Part shown: one piece after another, positions 36,710-46,390 of the stretch
How positions within the stretch are numbered: position 1 is the first letter of the stretch
Layout: the number at the start of each line of letters is the position of its first letter
Source of the DNA: an uncultured Desulfuromonas sp.
Lineage (GTDB): Bacteria; Desulfobacterota; Desulfuromonadia; Desulfuromonadales; Desulfuromonadaceae
DNA length: 53,275 nt
Direction of reading: 5' to 3'
Assembly (NCBI GenBank): GCA_964444945.1
Contig: CAYUJC010000003.1
Coordinates: forward strand, 1 to 53,275
Notes under the pieces: model-generated
What the model was told of the DNA's origin: nothing
Database searches by the model: none
The model's input: only the letters and a program-made list of their open reading frames with translations
Program-made: the position numbers and the translations under genes

Positions 36710-38275
36710 ATGGCTGTTATCAAACGCGCACTGATAAGTGTTTCTGATAAAGAGGGGATCGTGGATTTTGCCCGCGGTCTGGCTGGTTTTGGTGTAGAGA
36801 TCCTCTCTACCGGCGGGACTGCAACCCTGCTGCGCAACGAGGGGCTGACGGTAAAAGATGTTTCTGCTTACACCGGATTCCCCGAAATGCTCGATGGCAG
36901 GGTGAAGACGCTCCATCCAAAGGTACACGGCGCGCTGCTGGGGGTGCGGGATAATCCTGCCCACACCGCTAAAATGGAAGAACACGGCATCGAGCCCATC
37001 GATATGGTTGTGGTCAACCTGTATCCTTTTGAAGCCACCGTGGCCAAAGAGGGCTGCACCCTGGAAGATGCGCTGGAGAATATCGACATCGGGGGTCCCG
37101 CCATGTTGCGCAGCGCGGCGAAGAATAACCGCTTTGTCACCGTTGTGGTTGAGAGTTCCGATTATGCTGCAGTGCTCGCCGAGATGCGCACCAGCGATGG
37201 GGCAGTATCGGAACAGAGCAATTTCGGTCTGGCGGTGAAGGTGTATCAGCATACAGCCGCATATGACGGGGCTATTTCCAACTGGCTCGGTTGCCGCATC
37301 GGGGCAGAGCAGACCCGCTTTCCGGCAACGCTGTCGCTGCAGTTTCAGCAGAAGCAGATTCTGCGTTACGGCGAAAATCCGCATCAGGATGCCGCGTTCT
37401 ATGTGGAAAAAGGCAATAAACAGGCGAATATAGCTACGGCAACGCAGCTGCAGGGCAAGGAGTTGTCGTACAATAATATTGCCGATACCGATGCGGCGCT
37501 GGAATGTGTCAAACAGTTTGGTGAATCACCGGCCTGTGTCATTGTCAAGCATGCCAATCCCTGCGGGGTCGCGGTGGCAGAAGATCTGCTCAACGCTTAC
37601 GAGCGCGCATTCAGCACCGATAGTGAATCTGCCTTTGGGGGTATTATCGCGTTCAACCGCACTCTCGATGGAGCTACGGCCAAAGCGATAGTGGCGCGTC
37701 AGTTTGTAGAGGTGATTATTGCGCCCAAGGTCAGTGCCGAGGCCATTGAAGTGATCAAGGGCAAGAAAAATGTGCGCCTGCTTGAATGCGGTTCCTGGGC
37801 CGGCCAGAATCAGACCCGGCTCGAATACAAACGGGTCAATGGCGGCCTGCTGGTGCAGGATGTGGATGCAGATCTCACCGCAGAAATGCAGGTGGTCACC
37901 AAACGTCAGCCCACCGAAAAAGAGATGGAAGACATGCTCTTCAGTTGGCGGGTGGCGAAGTTTGTGAAATCAAACGCCATCGTTTACGCCCGTGATGGCA
38001 TGACCATCGGGGTGGGTGCCGGGCAGATGAGCCGGGTAAACTCAGCGCGGATTGCTGCAATCAAGGCAGAACAAGCCGGTCTGGAGGTTAAGGGGGCCGC
38101 CATGGCGTCCGATGCCTTCTTCCCGTTTCGCGATGGTCTGGATAATGCCGCCAAAGAAGGGGTGACTGCCGTTATCCAGCCTGGCGGTTCGATCCGTGAT
38201 CAGGAGGTTATTGACGCCGCGGATGAGCACGGAATCGCCATGGTCTTTACCGGCATGCGCCATTTCCGCCACTGA
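36710..38275 (+). CDS. purH: bifunctional AICAR transformylase / IMP cyclohydrolase
   Basis: 521-aa ORF with [27 protein letters not shown] and the C-terminal FTGMRHFRH. Confidence 0.97.
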   Translation: MAVIKRALISVSDKEGIVDFARGLAGFGVEILSTGGTATLLRNEGLTVKDVSAYTGFPEMLDGRVKTLHPKVHGALLGVRDNPAHTAKMEEHGIEPIDMVVVNLYPFEATVAKEGCTLEDALENIDIGGPAMLRSAAKNNRFVTVVVESSDYAAVLAEMRTSDGAVSEQSNFGLAVKVYQHTAAYDGAISNWLGCRIGAEQTRFPATLSLQFQQKQILRYGENPHQDAAFYVEKGNKQANIATATQLQGKELSYNNIADTDAALECVKQFGESPACVIVKHANPCGVAVAEDLLNAYERAFSTDSESAFGGIIAFNRTLDGATAKAIVARQFVEVIIAPKVSAEAIEVIKGKKNVRLLECGSWAGQNQTRLEYKRVNGGLLVQDVDADLTAEMQVVTKRQPTEKEMEDMLFSWRVAKFVKSNAIVYARDGMTIGVGAGQMSRVNSARIAAIKAEQAGLEVKGAAMASDAFFPFRDGLDNAAKEGVTAVIQPGGSIRDQEVIDAADEHGIAMVFTGMRHFRH

Positions 38276-38377
38276 TACGAATTTTTAAGGCCACATCTTT
38301 TAAGAGCAGGCAGAGATCTGCCCAACCTGGCGACATACACAGGGCAGGTGAAGGCAGGGCAATACATGGAGTGTTCA

Positions 38378-39652
38378 ATGAATATTTTGGTCGTAGGCAG
38401 TGGAGGGCGCGAGCATGCCCTGGTATGGAAGATGGCGCAGTCACCGCTGGTGAAAAAGATCTACTGTGCGCCGGGGAATCCCGGAATCGGGGAGCTGGCA
38501 CAGTTGGTTCCCATAGCGGTCGATGCCATTGACGCGCTGTACGATTTTGCCCAGGAAAACGCTATCGATCTGACTGTAGTCGGGCCTGAGCTCCCCCTTA
38601 CCTTGGGTATCGCCGATCGATTCCGCGCGGGCGGGCTGGATCTGTTCGGGCCGAGCAAAGCGGCAGCACAGCTCGAAGGGAGCAAAAGTTTTTCCAAAGA
38701 CTTGATGCGTAAATACTCCATCCCCACGGCGGCCTATGCGGCGTTTACTGAACGCGATGCCGCAGTGGCATACATAAAAAAACAGGGCGCTCCCATCGTG
38801 GTAAAAGCCGATGGTCTGGCGGCGGGCAAGGGAGTTATCCTCGCCCATACAGAAGCAGAGGCCATCGCCGCAGTAGATGAAATTCTACTGCAGGGCAAGT
38901 TTGGTGCTGCGGGGGACTCTGTAGTTATAGAAGAATTTCTCTACGGCGAGGAAGCCTCGTTTTTTGCTTTTACCGACGGCAAAAACATTCTCCCGCTGGC
39001 GTCAGCTCAGGATCACAAGCAGATTTTTGATGCCGATCAAGGGCCCAATACCGGCGGTATGGGGGCCTACTCCCCCGCACCGGTGGTGACAGATGCCCTG
39101 TATGCGCGCATTGTCGCCGAAGTGGTTCAACCCACCATTGATGGCATGGCGGCAGAAGGGACCCCGTATCAGGGGATTCTGTTTGTCGGTCTGATGATTG
39201 ATGCAGGTGACTTCAAGGTGCTCGAATACAACGCCCGCTTCGGCGATCCTGAGGCGCAGCCCCTGTTGTGCCGCATGAAGTCGGACCTGGTGCCGGTGCT
39301 GCATGCCTGCGCGCGCGGGGAGCTCACCCTCTCAGAGTTGGAGTGGTACGACCGTGCGGCGGTGTGTGTGGTGCTGGCGGCGGCCGGCTACCCGGACTCT
39401 TATTCCAAAGGGGATGAGATTCAGGGGATAGAGGCGGCTAACGCCCTCGACGGAGTGCAGGTGTTCCAGGCTGGAACTGCATTGCAGGATGGCAAGATAG
39501 TGACTGCTGGCGGGCGGGTGCTCGGAGTAACCGGATGGGCTGAAACCATCGAGGCTGCCATAGAAAAGGCGTATGCCGGCGCGGCCAGGATAAGCTGGGC
39601 CGGGATGCAGATGCGGCGTGATATAGGGCAGAAAGCCCTGCGCCACCGGTAG
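38378..39652 (+). CDS. purD: phosphoribosylamine-glycine ligase
   Basis: [15 protein letters not shown] with an ATP-grasp core. Start moved to ATG 38378. Confidence 0.96.
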   Translation: MNILVVGSGGREHALVWKMAQSPLVKKIYCAPGNPGIGELAQLVPIAVDAIDALYDFAQENAIDLTVVGPELPLTLGIADRFRAGGLDLFGPSKAAAQLEGSKSFSKDLMRKYSIPTAAYAAFTERDAAVAYIKKQGAPIVVKADGLAAGKGVILAHTEAEAIAAVDEILLQGKFGAAGDSVVIEEFLYGEEASFFAFTDGKNILPLASAQDHKQIFDADQGPNTGGMGAYSPAPVVTDALYARIVAEVVQPTIDGMAAEGTPYQGILFVGLMIDAGDFKVLEYNARFGDPEAQPLLCRMKSDLVPVLHACARGELTLSELEWYDRAAVCVVLAAAGYPDSYSKGDEIQGIEAANALDGVQVFQAGTALQDGKIVTAGGRVLGVTGWAETIEAAIEKAYAGAARISWAGMQMRRDIGQKALRHR

Positions 39653-39768
39653 TTTTTTTAGATAATTAAACCATGTATGGAAGAAAAACCCCTTTGCACA
39701 TTGAGTTCTGCCACGTAACCAAAAACATACCGCCTCAGTTATGAGGCCACAGCTTAAGGATATGTTCC

Positions 39769-40287
39769 ATGGGAAAACCGCTTATTGGAATACTGATGGG
39801 GAGTGATTCTGATTATGAAGTGATGCGCGAAGCGGCAAAGGCACTCCAGGAATTTGACGTGCCCTTTGAGATGCTCGTCACCAGCGCACACCGTTCCCCG
39901 CAGCGCACCTCTGAGTATGTTGTCGGCGCGCGCGCGCGTGGAATCCGGGCTCTGATCGTTGGGGCCGGTGCTGCGGCGCATCTGGCCGGAGTTGTGGCCG
40001 CTGAAACAACCCTGCCGGTTATTGCGGTTCCCATCGACAGTACCGCGTTAAAAGGGCTCGACGCCTTACTGGCCACGGTGCAGATGCCGGGGGGGATTCC
40101 AGTGGCGACCATGGCCATTGGCAAGGCAGGCGCCAGGAACGCCGGGCTGTTTGCGGTCCAGCAGCTGGCGGTTACGGATCAGGTTCTGGCGGAACGGACA
40201 GTCAAGGCACGGGTCCTCATGGCGGAAGCGGTCGTCGAAAAAAGTGAGAGGCTGCAGCAGCGTCTAAATGCAGACGGATTGCTGTAA
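39769..40287 (+). CDS. purE: 5-(carboxyamino)imidazole ribonucleotide mutase (class I PurE)
   Basis: IGILMGSDSD with VTSAHRSP (the class I signature) and GVVAAETTLPVIAVP. No purK is adjacent. Confidence 0.94.
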   Translation: MGKPLIGILMGSDSDYEVMREAAKALQEFDVPFEMLVTSAHRSPQRTSEYVVGARARGIRALIVGAGAAAHLAGVVAAETTLPVIAVPIDSTALKGLDALLATVQMPGGIPVATMAIGKAGARNAGLFAVQQLAVTDQVLAERTVKARVLMAEAVVEKSERLQQRLNADGLL

Positions 40288-40347
40288 TTATTATAAAAGC
40301 TGGCGCGACGGAGGCGGCGCCTGCACCAGCGAAGGAGAATTAGGATC

Positions 40348-41703
40348 TTGAGTCAAAAAAAACGTGGCTTTATGCTAGCCCTGTGGGATTTTTTCTGTTC
40401 CCTCAAATTGTCGATTTTTACCCTGATCATGTTGGCGGTTACATCCATTATTGGCACAGTCCTCCAACAGAATCTGACTGAAGAGCAGTATCTCAGCGTC
40501 TTCAGCCCGAATACATATGCAATCCTGGATAAATTGCAGATGTTTGATATGTACCACTCTACGTGGTTTATCGGGCTGTTGCTTCTGTTCTGCATCAACC
40601 TCGTCTGCTGTTCGATCAAGCGCTTTCCCAGGGTGTGGAAAATAGTTACCAAGCCCACGCTGGTGCCGAGCAAGACAGTCCTGGAAGCGTTCCCCAATAC
40701 GGTGGAGCGCACCGTGCGGGGCAGTTTGGGGGAAATTCGTCCCCGGATGGAGGCCTTTGTTAAAGATAATTTTGCCGCCACCCGCTGCACAGAAACAGAA
40801 GATGGGGTGTATCTTTACGCCGAAAAGAATAAATATGCGCGCTTCGGGGTCTATGTCACCCATCTGTCTATCCTGATTATTTTCGCCGGAGCCATAATCG
40901 GAAACGTTTTCGGCTACAAGGCCTATGTGAACATCCCCGAAGGGGGGTCCGTCGATAAGGTATGGTTGCGCACCGGCGAGCCTGTTGATCTGGGATTCAA
41001 GGTGACGTGCGAAGCCTTCTCCGTAAGTTATTACCAGAATTCACAACGCCCCAAAGAATATAAGAGTATCCTCACTGTTGAGGAGGATGGCGTCGTGGTG
41101 GTGGATAAGCGCCCAATCGTTGTTAACGACCCGCTGACGCATAACGGTATAACCTTCTATCAGTCGAGTTTTGGCCCCGCCGGCTCAGAGATAATGACCA
41201 TCAAGGTCAAACCACGCGGCGAGGACAAGGCCCAGACCTTTACCCTGCGGATAGGGGAAAAAGCGCAGCTTCCCGATGGAACCAGCGTAACCGCAGCGGA
41301 CTTTGCCGCTTCGTATCGCAACTTCGGTCCCGCAGCGCGTCTGAACGTGAAGAAACAGGGTGAAGCTGCCACTTCGGTTATTGTATTCAAGAACTTCCCC
41401 GAGTTTGACCAGCAACGCAAAGGAACCTATTTGTTCAGTCTGGAAGATTTCACCCAGCGCTATTATACCGGGCTGCAGGCAACCAAGGACCCGGGAGTGT
41501 GGGTGGTGTGGTTCGGCTGTACCCTGCTGGTTGTCGGATCTTTGATTGCGTTTTTTGTCTCTCACCAGCGCATGTGGGTCATTCTGCGCGAGAAGGATGG
41601 CAAGGTGCAGGTTCGTCTGGTGGGGGCAGCGCACCGGAATCAACCCGCCTATGAGCTTTACTTTGATAAACTCAAAGAGGCATTTAACAAACATCTGGCT
41701 TAG
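40348..41703 (+). CDS. resB: cytochrome c biogenesis protein ResB/Ccs1 (system II)
   Basis: 451-aa ORF. N-terminal TM helices are followed by a large periplasmic domain and a C-terminal TM helix, the typical ResB layout. The start is either TTG 40348 or ATG 40372. Confidence 0.88.
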   Translation: MSQKKRGFMLALWDFFCSLKLSIFTLIMLAVTSIIGTVLQQNLTEEQYLSVFSPNTYAILDKLQMFDMYHSTWFIGLLLLFCINLVCCSIKRFPRVWKIVTKPTLVPSKTVLEAFPNTVERTVRGSLGEIRPRMEAFVKDNFAATRCTETEDGVYLYAEKNKYARFGVYVTHLSILIIFAGAIIGNVFGYKAYVNIPEGGSVDKVWLRTGEPVDLGFKVTCEAFSVSYYQNSQRPKEYKSILTVEEDGVVVVDKRPIVVNDPLTHNGITFYQSSFGPAGSEIMTIKVKPRGEDKAQTFTLRIGEKAQLPDGTSVTAADFAASYRNFGPAARLNVKKQGEAATSVIVFKNFPEFDQQRKGTYLFSLEDFTQRYYTGLQATKDPGVWVVWFGCTLLVVGSLIAFFVSHQRMWVILREKDGKVQVRLVGAAHRNQPAYELYFDKLKEAFNKHLA

Positions 41704-41732
41704 GCTGGCTTGCATACAAAAGGAGATCTAAC

Positions 41733-42587
41733 ATGACTAGTGGATCGTTTTTTAATCTTGTTACTATCGGCTACTTTGCCGCAATGGTATTGTTCATCGC
41801 ATTTTTAGCCACCAGAAGTTTCGGTGTCGCGCGCTTGGCGACATGGGTGGCCTTTGTGAGTTTTATTCTACAAACGGTCGGTATCGGGCTACGCTGGTAT
41901 GAAACCTACCAGATCCCCGGGGGGGAGGGTTATGCCCCCATGTCGAACCTGTATGAATCGGTGGTGTTCTTTTCCTGGACTATTCTGCTGATCTATCTGC
42001 TCATCGAGTGGAAGTACAAGCAGAAGGCGGTTGGTGCGTTTGTGGTGCCATTTGCCTTTCTGGCCATGTCATGGGCGCAATTGAGTCTGGATTCCACCAT
42101 TGCGCCGCTGGTACCGGCACTGCAGAGTAACTGGCTTACCTATCATGTTATAACCTGCTTTCTCGGATATGCTGCGTTCGCGGTGGCCTGTGGGGTCTCC
42201 ATTATGTACCTGATCAAGGTGGGGAAAGAAGAAGATGCCGGCAGAAGCAAAGCGGGTGGAGTCCTGAGTTTGTTTCCCAGCGCGAAAATTCTGGATGATC
42301 TTAACTACAAAGCTATAATGATCGGCTTCCCGCTGCTGAGCATCGGGATTATTACCGGCGCTGCCTGGGCTAACTATGCCTGGGGCACCTACTGGAGCTG
42401 GGACCCCAAGGAGACCTGGAGTCTGATTGTATGGTTTATCTATGCAGCATTTCTGCATGCGCGCATAACCAGAGGCTGGGCAGGACGGCGTGCCGCTATC
42501 CTGTCTATCGTCGGGTTCGTGGCAACTATTTTCTGCTACCTGGGGGTCAATCTCCTCCTGTCAGGACTCCATTCATACGGTTCCTGA
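41733..42587 (+). CDS. ccsA: cytochrome c biogenesis protein CcsA/ResC (system II haem handling)
   Basis: 284-aa ORF with the Trp-rich WWD motif WGTYWSWDPKETWSL and conserved His residues. Confidence 0.93.
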   Translation: MTSGSFFNLVTIGYFAAMVLFIAFLATRSFGVARLATWVAFVSFILQTVGIGLRWYETYQIPGGEGYAPMSNLYESVVFFSWTILLIYLLIEWKYKQKAVGAFVVPFAFLAMSWAQLSLDSTIAPLVPALQSNWLTYHVITCFLGYAAFAVACGVSIMYLIKVGKEEDAGRSKAGGVLSLFPSAKILDDLNYKAIMIGFPLLSIGIITGAAWANYAWGTYWSWDPKETWSLIVWFIYAAFLHARITRGWAGRRAAILSIVGFVATIFCYLGVNLLLSGLHSYGS

Positions 42588-42615
42588 GCAAGAACGTAGC
42601 TTATTAAGAGAACAC

Positions 42616-42647
42616 AAAAAGCCCATCCTGCACCGGATGGGCTTTTT
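42616..42647. terminator. bidirectional rho-independent terminator between convergent ccsA and bfr
   Basis: AAAAAGCCCATCCtgcaccGGATGGGCTTTTT. A perfect 13-nt inverted repeat that includes the A and T tracts. Confidence 0.85.
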
Positions 42648-42679
42648 GTCTGCCTTGCTTTATCTGGGGTGTTACGCTG

Positions 42680-43147
42680 TTAGCGGGCCTGCCTTGACAG
42701 ATAGCGTTGCAGCCCCATTTGCTCAATCTGATCCTGCTGTTCTTCAATCCAGTCAAGGTGCGTCTCTTCATCCTTGAGGATCTGCTCCAGCAGCGTCTTG
42801 GTGCCGTTATCTCCCACCTCCTGCGCCAGCTTGATGGTCTTGTTGTACTGCTTTATGGCGTCGGTCTCGGCAAAGCTGTCATTCTGGTGCATCTCTTCTA
42901 CTTGGCTGCCGATGCTGATTTTGCCGAGGTTGCTGACAATCGGGCGCCCTTCGAGGAAAAGAATACGCTCAATGAGTTTCTCGGCATGCCTCATCTCCTG
43001 GATGGAGCGCTGCTTGATGGTGTCTAGCAGGGCAGTGTAACCCCAGTCTTCACACATTTCGGCATGGACAAAATACTGATTGATGGCGCCGAGTTCTTCA
43101 GCAAGACGATTGTTGAGTTCGTCAATAAGTTGCGGATTTCCTTTCAT
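42680..43147 (-). CDS. bfr: bacterioferritin
   Basis: 155 aa: MKGNPQLIDELNNRLAEELGAINQYFVHAEM...IQEMRHAEKLIERILFLEG. The ferroxidase ligands and the haem-axial Met52 are conserved. Confidence 0.95.
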   Translation of the reverse strand: MKGNPQLIDELNNRLAEELGAINQYFVHAEMCEDWGYTALLDTIKQRSIQEMRHAEKLIERILFLEGRPIVSNLGKISIGSQVEEMHQNDSFAETDAIKQYNKTIKLAQEVGDNGTKTLLEQILKDEETHLDWIEEQQDQIEQMGLQRYLSRQAR

Positions 43148-43335
43148 GTGCAGCTCCTTTCGTAGCTATGGTTGTATTCTCCGGTTTTCTTGTTGCCTTT
43201 CGGTGCGGCGGTTGTGGTTACGCCCCGGCAGGCTGATTTCAGTCTGATATCTAAGTTTAGCGGTTGAATTTAAATGTGCAACTATGAGGAGAATTAATTT
43301 TTGGTGCCAAGTTGTGCCTACCTCGAACAGAAGGG

Positions 43336-44409
43336 TCAAAGCCAGTTGCGGCGCTGGAAAAAGCGCAACATAAAGAGTGCAACGGAAATCAGTACTCCCC
43401 AGAAGATAAAATAGCTGTAGTGGTAACTCAGCTCCGGAAAATACTCAAAATTGGTGCCGTAGATTCCGGTTATAAAGGTAAGGGGGATAAAAATCGCTGA
43501 AAATATGGTCAGCACCTTCATGATCTCGTTGAGACGATTGCTGACCCCGGTATTGTAGACTTCAAGATAGTCAGACAAGATATCTCGGTAGGTTTCTATT
43601 ATTTCAGCACTTTGGGTTGACAGGTCGAGCAGATCCTTGAGAAAAGGGGTGCTGGATTCGTAGATGAGGTCATTGTCGAGCTTGCTCAGCTGAAGCATGA
43701 ATTCTCGCGCCGGGCGCACGGTTTTGCGCAAATAGTTTATTTCGCGCTTGTAAAGATTGATTTTCCCCAGCACATTCTGATTGGGGTTGGCGATGATCTC
43801 ATCTTCAAGGTCTTCAATCTCTTCGCCAAGGCGCTCGATAGAGGCGATGTAGTTATCCACCACAGAATCCAGGAGTGCATAGGTGAGGTAGTCGGTATGG
43901 GCTTTACGGATGCGACCACGCTGTTTGCGGAGGCGCTCGCGCACCGGGTCGAAAATGTCGCCGGGCTGCTCCTGAAAGGTGAGGACAAAGGTGTCACCCA
44001 GAACAACGCTGAGTTGTTCGCTGCGGATCACCTTCTGGGTCTGATCGTAGTACATCATTTTCAGGACAAAGTAGAGATAGTGGTCAAATTCCACCATCTT
44101 AGGGCGTTGGCCGGTATGGAGAATATCTTCCACCGTCAGAGGGTGGAGATTAAACGCCGCGCTGATGGTTTTAATGGCCTCGCTGTCGTGCAGACCGATA
44201 ATGTCAAACCACTGCACCTGCGGTTCTTGCGCGCCCGCAATGGCATTGATGGTTATCGTTGCGGGGTCAATTATTGTTTCTTCAAGTTTGGCATGGGTAT
44301 AAAGCATTGATTTAATACTGGTAGCTGCAACCTTTTGCTCCCCGATAAATACGGGTGCCCCCGGGGGCTGCCCCAGGGCGGCTTCCTTATTTTTTAAGAA
44401 CCTGGCCAT
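43336..44409 (-). CDS. corA: CorA-family divalent cation transporter with a non-canonical GTN signature
   Basis: 357-aa ORF with two C-terminal TM helices. The signature loop is FITGIYGTNFEYFPEL. The Thr codon ACC is the complement of 43453-43455, where Met is expected. Confidence 0.9.
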   Translation of the reverse strand: MARFLKNKEAALGQPPGAPVFIGEQKVAATSIKSMLYTHAKLEETIIDPATITINAIAGAQEPQVQWFDIIGLHDSEAIKTISAAFNLHPLTVEDILHTGQRPKMVEFDHYLYFVLKMMYYDQTQKVIRSEQLSVVLGDTFVLTFQEQPGDIFDPVRERLRKQRGRIRKAHTDYLTYALLDSVVDNYIASIERLGEEIEDLEDEIIANPNQNVLGKINLYKREINYLRKTVRPAREFMLQLSKLDNDLIYESSTPFLKDLLDLSTQSAEIIETYRDILSDYLEVYNTGVSNRLNEIMKVLTIFSAIFIPLTFITGIYGTNFEYFPELSYHYSYFIFWGVLISVALFMLRFFQRRNWL

Positions 44410-44477
44410 GCTATATTCCTTTCACTGCAGTATCCCGCCAGGCATATGTCGGTGCCCGCATGTCGGGGATTGAAATA

Positions 44478-44507
44478 ATTATAAGGTGAGGTTCGCCTGT
44501 TTTGCAA
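44478..44507 (-). promoter_or_regulatory. candidate sigma70-type promoter for corA (TTGCAA-18 nt-TATAAT)
   Basis: On the minus strand, TTGCAA (44502-44507) is followed by an 18-nt spacer and TATAAT (44478-44483). This is about 70 nt upstream of the corA ATG. Confidence 0.5.
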
Positions 44508-44529
44508 CTCAACGCAGGTTAAGGATAGC

Positions 44530-44558
44530 TTGCCAAACATAATTTTGCATCCTGCAAT
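44530..44558 (+). promoter_or_regulatory. possible divergent promoter for the methyltransferase gene (TTGCCA-17 nt-TGCAAT)
   Basis: Motif match only. It sits back-to-back with the corA promoter candidate. Confidence 0.3.
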
Positions 44559-44636
44559 AAAAGGGGAGAAAGCTATTCCATAGAAGGGCGGAGCTCAAGA
44601 GGGATGGTCTGGGCGTGGCGGTACAGGAGAATATAG

Positions 44637-45473
44637 ATGGCAGGGACAGATGAAAAGCGCGGAGAATACGGCACTGTAAGCAGCGACGAAACGCTGGATC
44701 AGTTGCGCTGTGGCGGTCTGAAATTGATCCAGCCTCGCCGGGGTTATCGCTTCTCCCTTGATCCGGTGTTGTTGGCACATTTTGCCACCATAAAACCGTA
44801 TGAGGTTGTGCTGGATATGGGCAGTGGATGCGGAGTTGTCGCCTTGCTTGTAGCGCGGCTGTATGCCGGAGTTGAAGTGACCGGAGTAGAGATTCAGGCA
44901 TCTCAGGCGCAGCGCGCGTGCCGGAGTGTGCGCCTCAATGAGATGGAAGGGCGGGTCAGGATTGAGACCGCGGATGTGTGCCAGTGGATGCCGGCGCCGC
45001 ACATTGTGTTTGACCGGGTGGTGTGCAATCCTCCCTTTCGTTCTCCCCGGGATGGGCGCATATCTGCTGGAGATGAGCGCAGCATCTCGCGCCATGAAAT
45101 TTGTGGCACTCTGGAAGACTTTATCCGTGCTGCGGCACGGCTGCTGCGCCCTGGCGGCACCCTGAGTATGGTGCATCTGCCCGAGAGGTTTGTCGATATA
45201 GTGACAGCCATGCGTCTCTGCGGCTTGGAACCCAGGCGGGTACGTATGGTGCACAGTCGTCGGGGGGAGCAGGCGCGCCTGCTTCTTATCGAAGCCCGCC
45301 GTGGCGCAGGGCAGGGGATGGTAGTCGAACCACCCTTATATATATACGCGGATGGTGATGCGGCTGAAGGGGAGGATGGAAGCGGGGAAGGAGGGGAGGA
45401 TGGAGAACGCCGTGCCACCCATGGGCGCGCCAATTACAGCGCCGAGGTAGCTGGTTATTACGCTGGTTGTTGA
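44637..45473 (+). CDS. SAM-dependent N6-adenine methyltransferase, tRNA1(Val) m6A37 (YfiC/TrmN6)-like, with an acidic Gly/Glu/Asp-rich C-terminal tail
   Basis: VLDMGSGCGVV is SAM motif I. VVCNPPFRS is the NPPF catalytic motif. AGGAGA Shine-Dalgarno lies 6 nt upstream. The last ~42 aa are low-complexity (DGDAAEGEDGSGEGGEDGE...). Confidence 0.8.
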   Translation: MAGTDEKRGEYGTVSSDETLDQLRCGGLKLIQPRRGYRFSLDPVLLAHFATIKPYEVVLDMGSGCGVVALLVARLYAGVEVTGVEIQASQAQRACRSVRLNEMEGRVRIETADVCQWMPAPHIVFDRVVCNPPFRSPRDGRISAGDERSISRHEICGTLEDFIRAAARLLRPGGTLSMVHLPERFVDIVTAMRLCGLEPRRVRMVHSRRGEQARLLLIEARRGAGQGMVVEPPLYIYADGDAAEGEDGSGEGGEDGERRATHGRANYSAEVAGYYAGC

Positions 45474-45970
45474 GGTTTCCCTTCGATCTGGCGGAGCTTG
45501 TCCAGGCGCATCTGTTTGCATAACAGGCGCAGCATGGCGCTGCGCACGTTTTCATCCCGAATTGGTTTAACCAGGCGCTCTGCTCGGTGCATCTCCATGA
45601 CGCTCAGCTCCGGGAGTACCAGATCCGGTTGCGGCTCTTCTCTTAGCCGCGGTTCCGGATTTTTGCGGCGCAGGTACATGCTGTCGATAGGGGGGCAGTT
45701 CAGTTCGCGGTTGATCTTGGCAAGGATCTGCGGTTTCATGAGCTGGAGCTGCTGCATCCACACCGCGTGGTCTACCCTCACTTCGAGGACGTTGTTGCGG
45801 ATGCTGGCCGGACGCGCGTGGGCGGCGATCTGTGCACCGACCACCTTGTCCCATATCGCCCAGATCTGGTGCTGCTCTATCCGCGCCGCGATCCCCATGT
45901 CGTTGAAGAGCGCTTTAACGATAGAGCGCGTGGTCGCGCCAAAGCCGGGCGCGGAGTATCTGGTGCTCAT
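45458..45970 (-). CDS. DUF721 domain protein (DciA-like)
   Basis: IWAIWDKVVGAQIAAHARPASIRNNVLEVRVDHAVWMQQLQLMKPQILAKIN matches the DUF721 core. Start taken as ATG 45970, which overlaps the upstream gene's stop (ATGA). Confidence 0.75.
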   Translation of the reverse strand: MSTRYSAPGFGATTRSIVKALFNDMGIAARIEQHQIWAIWDKVVGAQIAAHARPASIRNNVLEVRVDHAVWMQQLQLMKPQILAKINRELNCPPIDSMYLRRKNPEPRLREEPQPDLVLPELSVMEMHRAERLVKPIRDENVRSAMLRLLCKQMRLDKLRQIEGKPQQPA

Positions 45971-46233
45971 GGGCTTTCCCTTCTGCGTATCCAGCCACCA
46001 CCGAGTTGCCCGAGAACCGCACACGCCAGGGTGAACGGAATTACATGCCAGTCGAAATCAAGCGATGTTCGCATCCACACGATAAATGGGATGGAGGCGT
46101 GGATATAGAAAAACCACACCAGGGATCCCTTGCGCGTGTTCTGGCGCAGATAGCCAAGAACAATGTTGCTCAGCAGGGCAAAGGCCAAAAGTGTGGTCAG
46201 GGGGATCCAGGGAAAATGCATGATTGTGGGCAC
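45967..46233 (-). CDS. hypothetical small membrane protein (2-3 TM), translationally coupled to the DUF721 gene
   Basis: The ORF is hydrophobic (IPLTTLLAFALLSNIVLGYL, LVWFFYIHASIPFIVW, IPFTLACAVLGQLGGGW). There is a 4-nt ATGA overlap with the downstream gene. The start is GTG 46233 or ATG 46221. I recognise no family. Confidence 0.55.
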   Translation of the reverse strand: MPTIMHFPWIPLTTLLAFALLSNIVLGYLRQNTRKGSLVWFFYIHASIPFIVWMRTSLDFDWHVIPFTLACAVLGQLGGGWIRRRESP

Positions 46234-46390
46234 GGTGACGCGCGCTGTCCTGCGTTTTGGTTGATGAGGGAGGATCGGCTCGGTTAAGGGGTGCGAAGTT
46301 AAAGGTGTTGTTTAAATATGACTGAAGCTGGCACTTTAGTCATTTGCGGGCATACTGTCAATCGGTAGGATTTACGCGGGAGAAGATCGT

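Noticed and set aside
43148-43335. Fur box upstream of bfr
   Set aside because: The AT-rich stretch (aaattaattctcctcatag on the minus strand) does not match the GATAATGATAATCATTATC consensus well enough to report.
46329-46347. Sigma54-like TGGCAC ... TTGC upstream of the 88-aa ORF
   Set aside because: The GG-to-GC spacing is 4 nt too long for a -24/-12 promoter.
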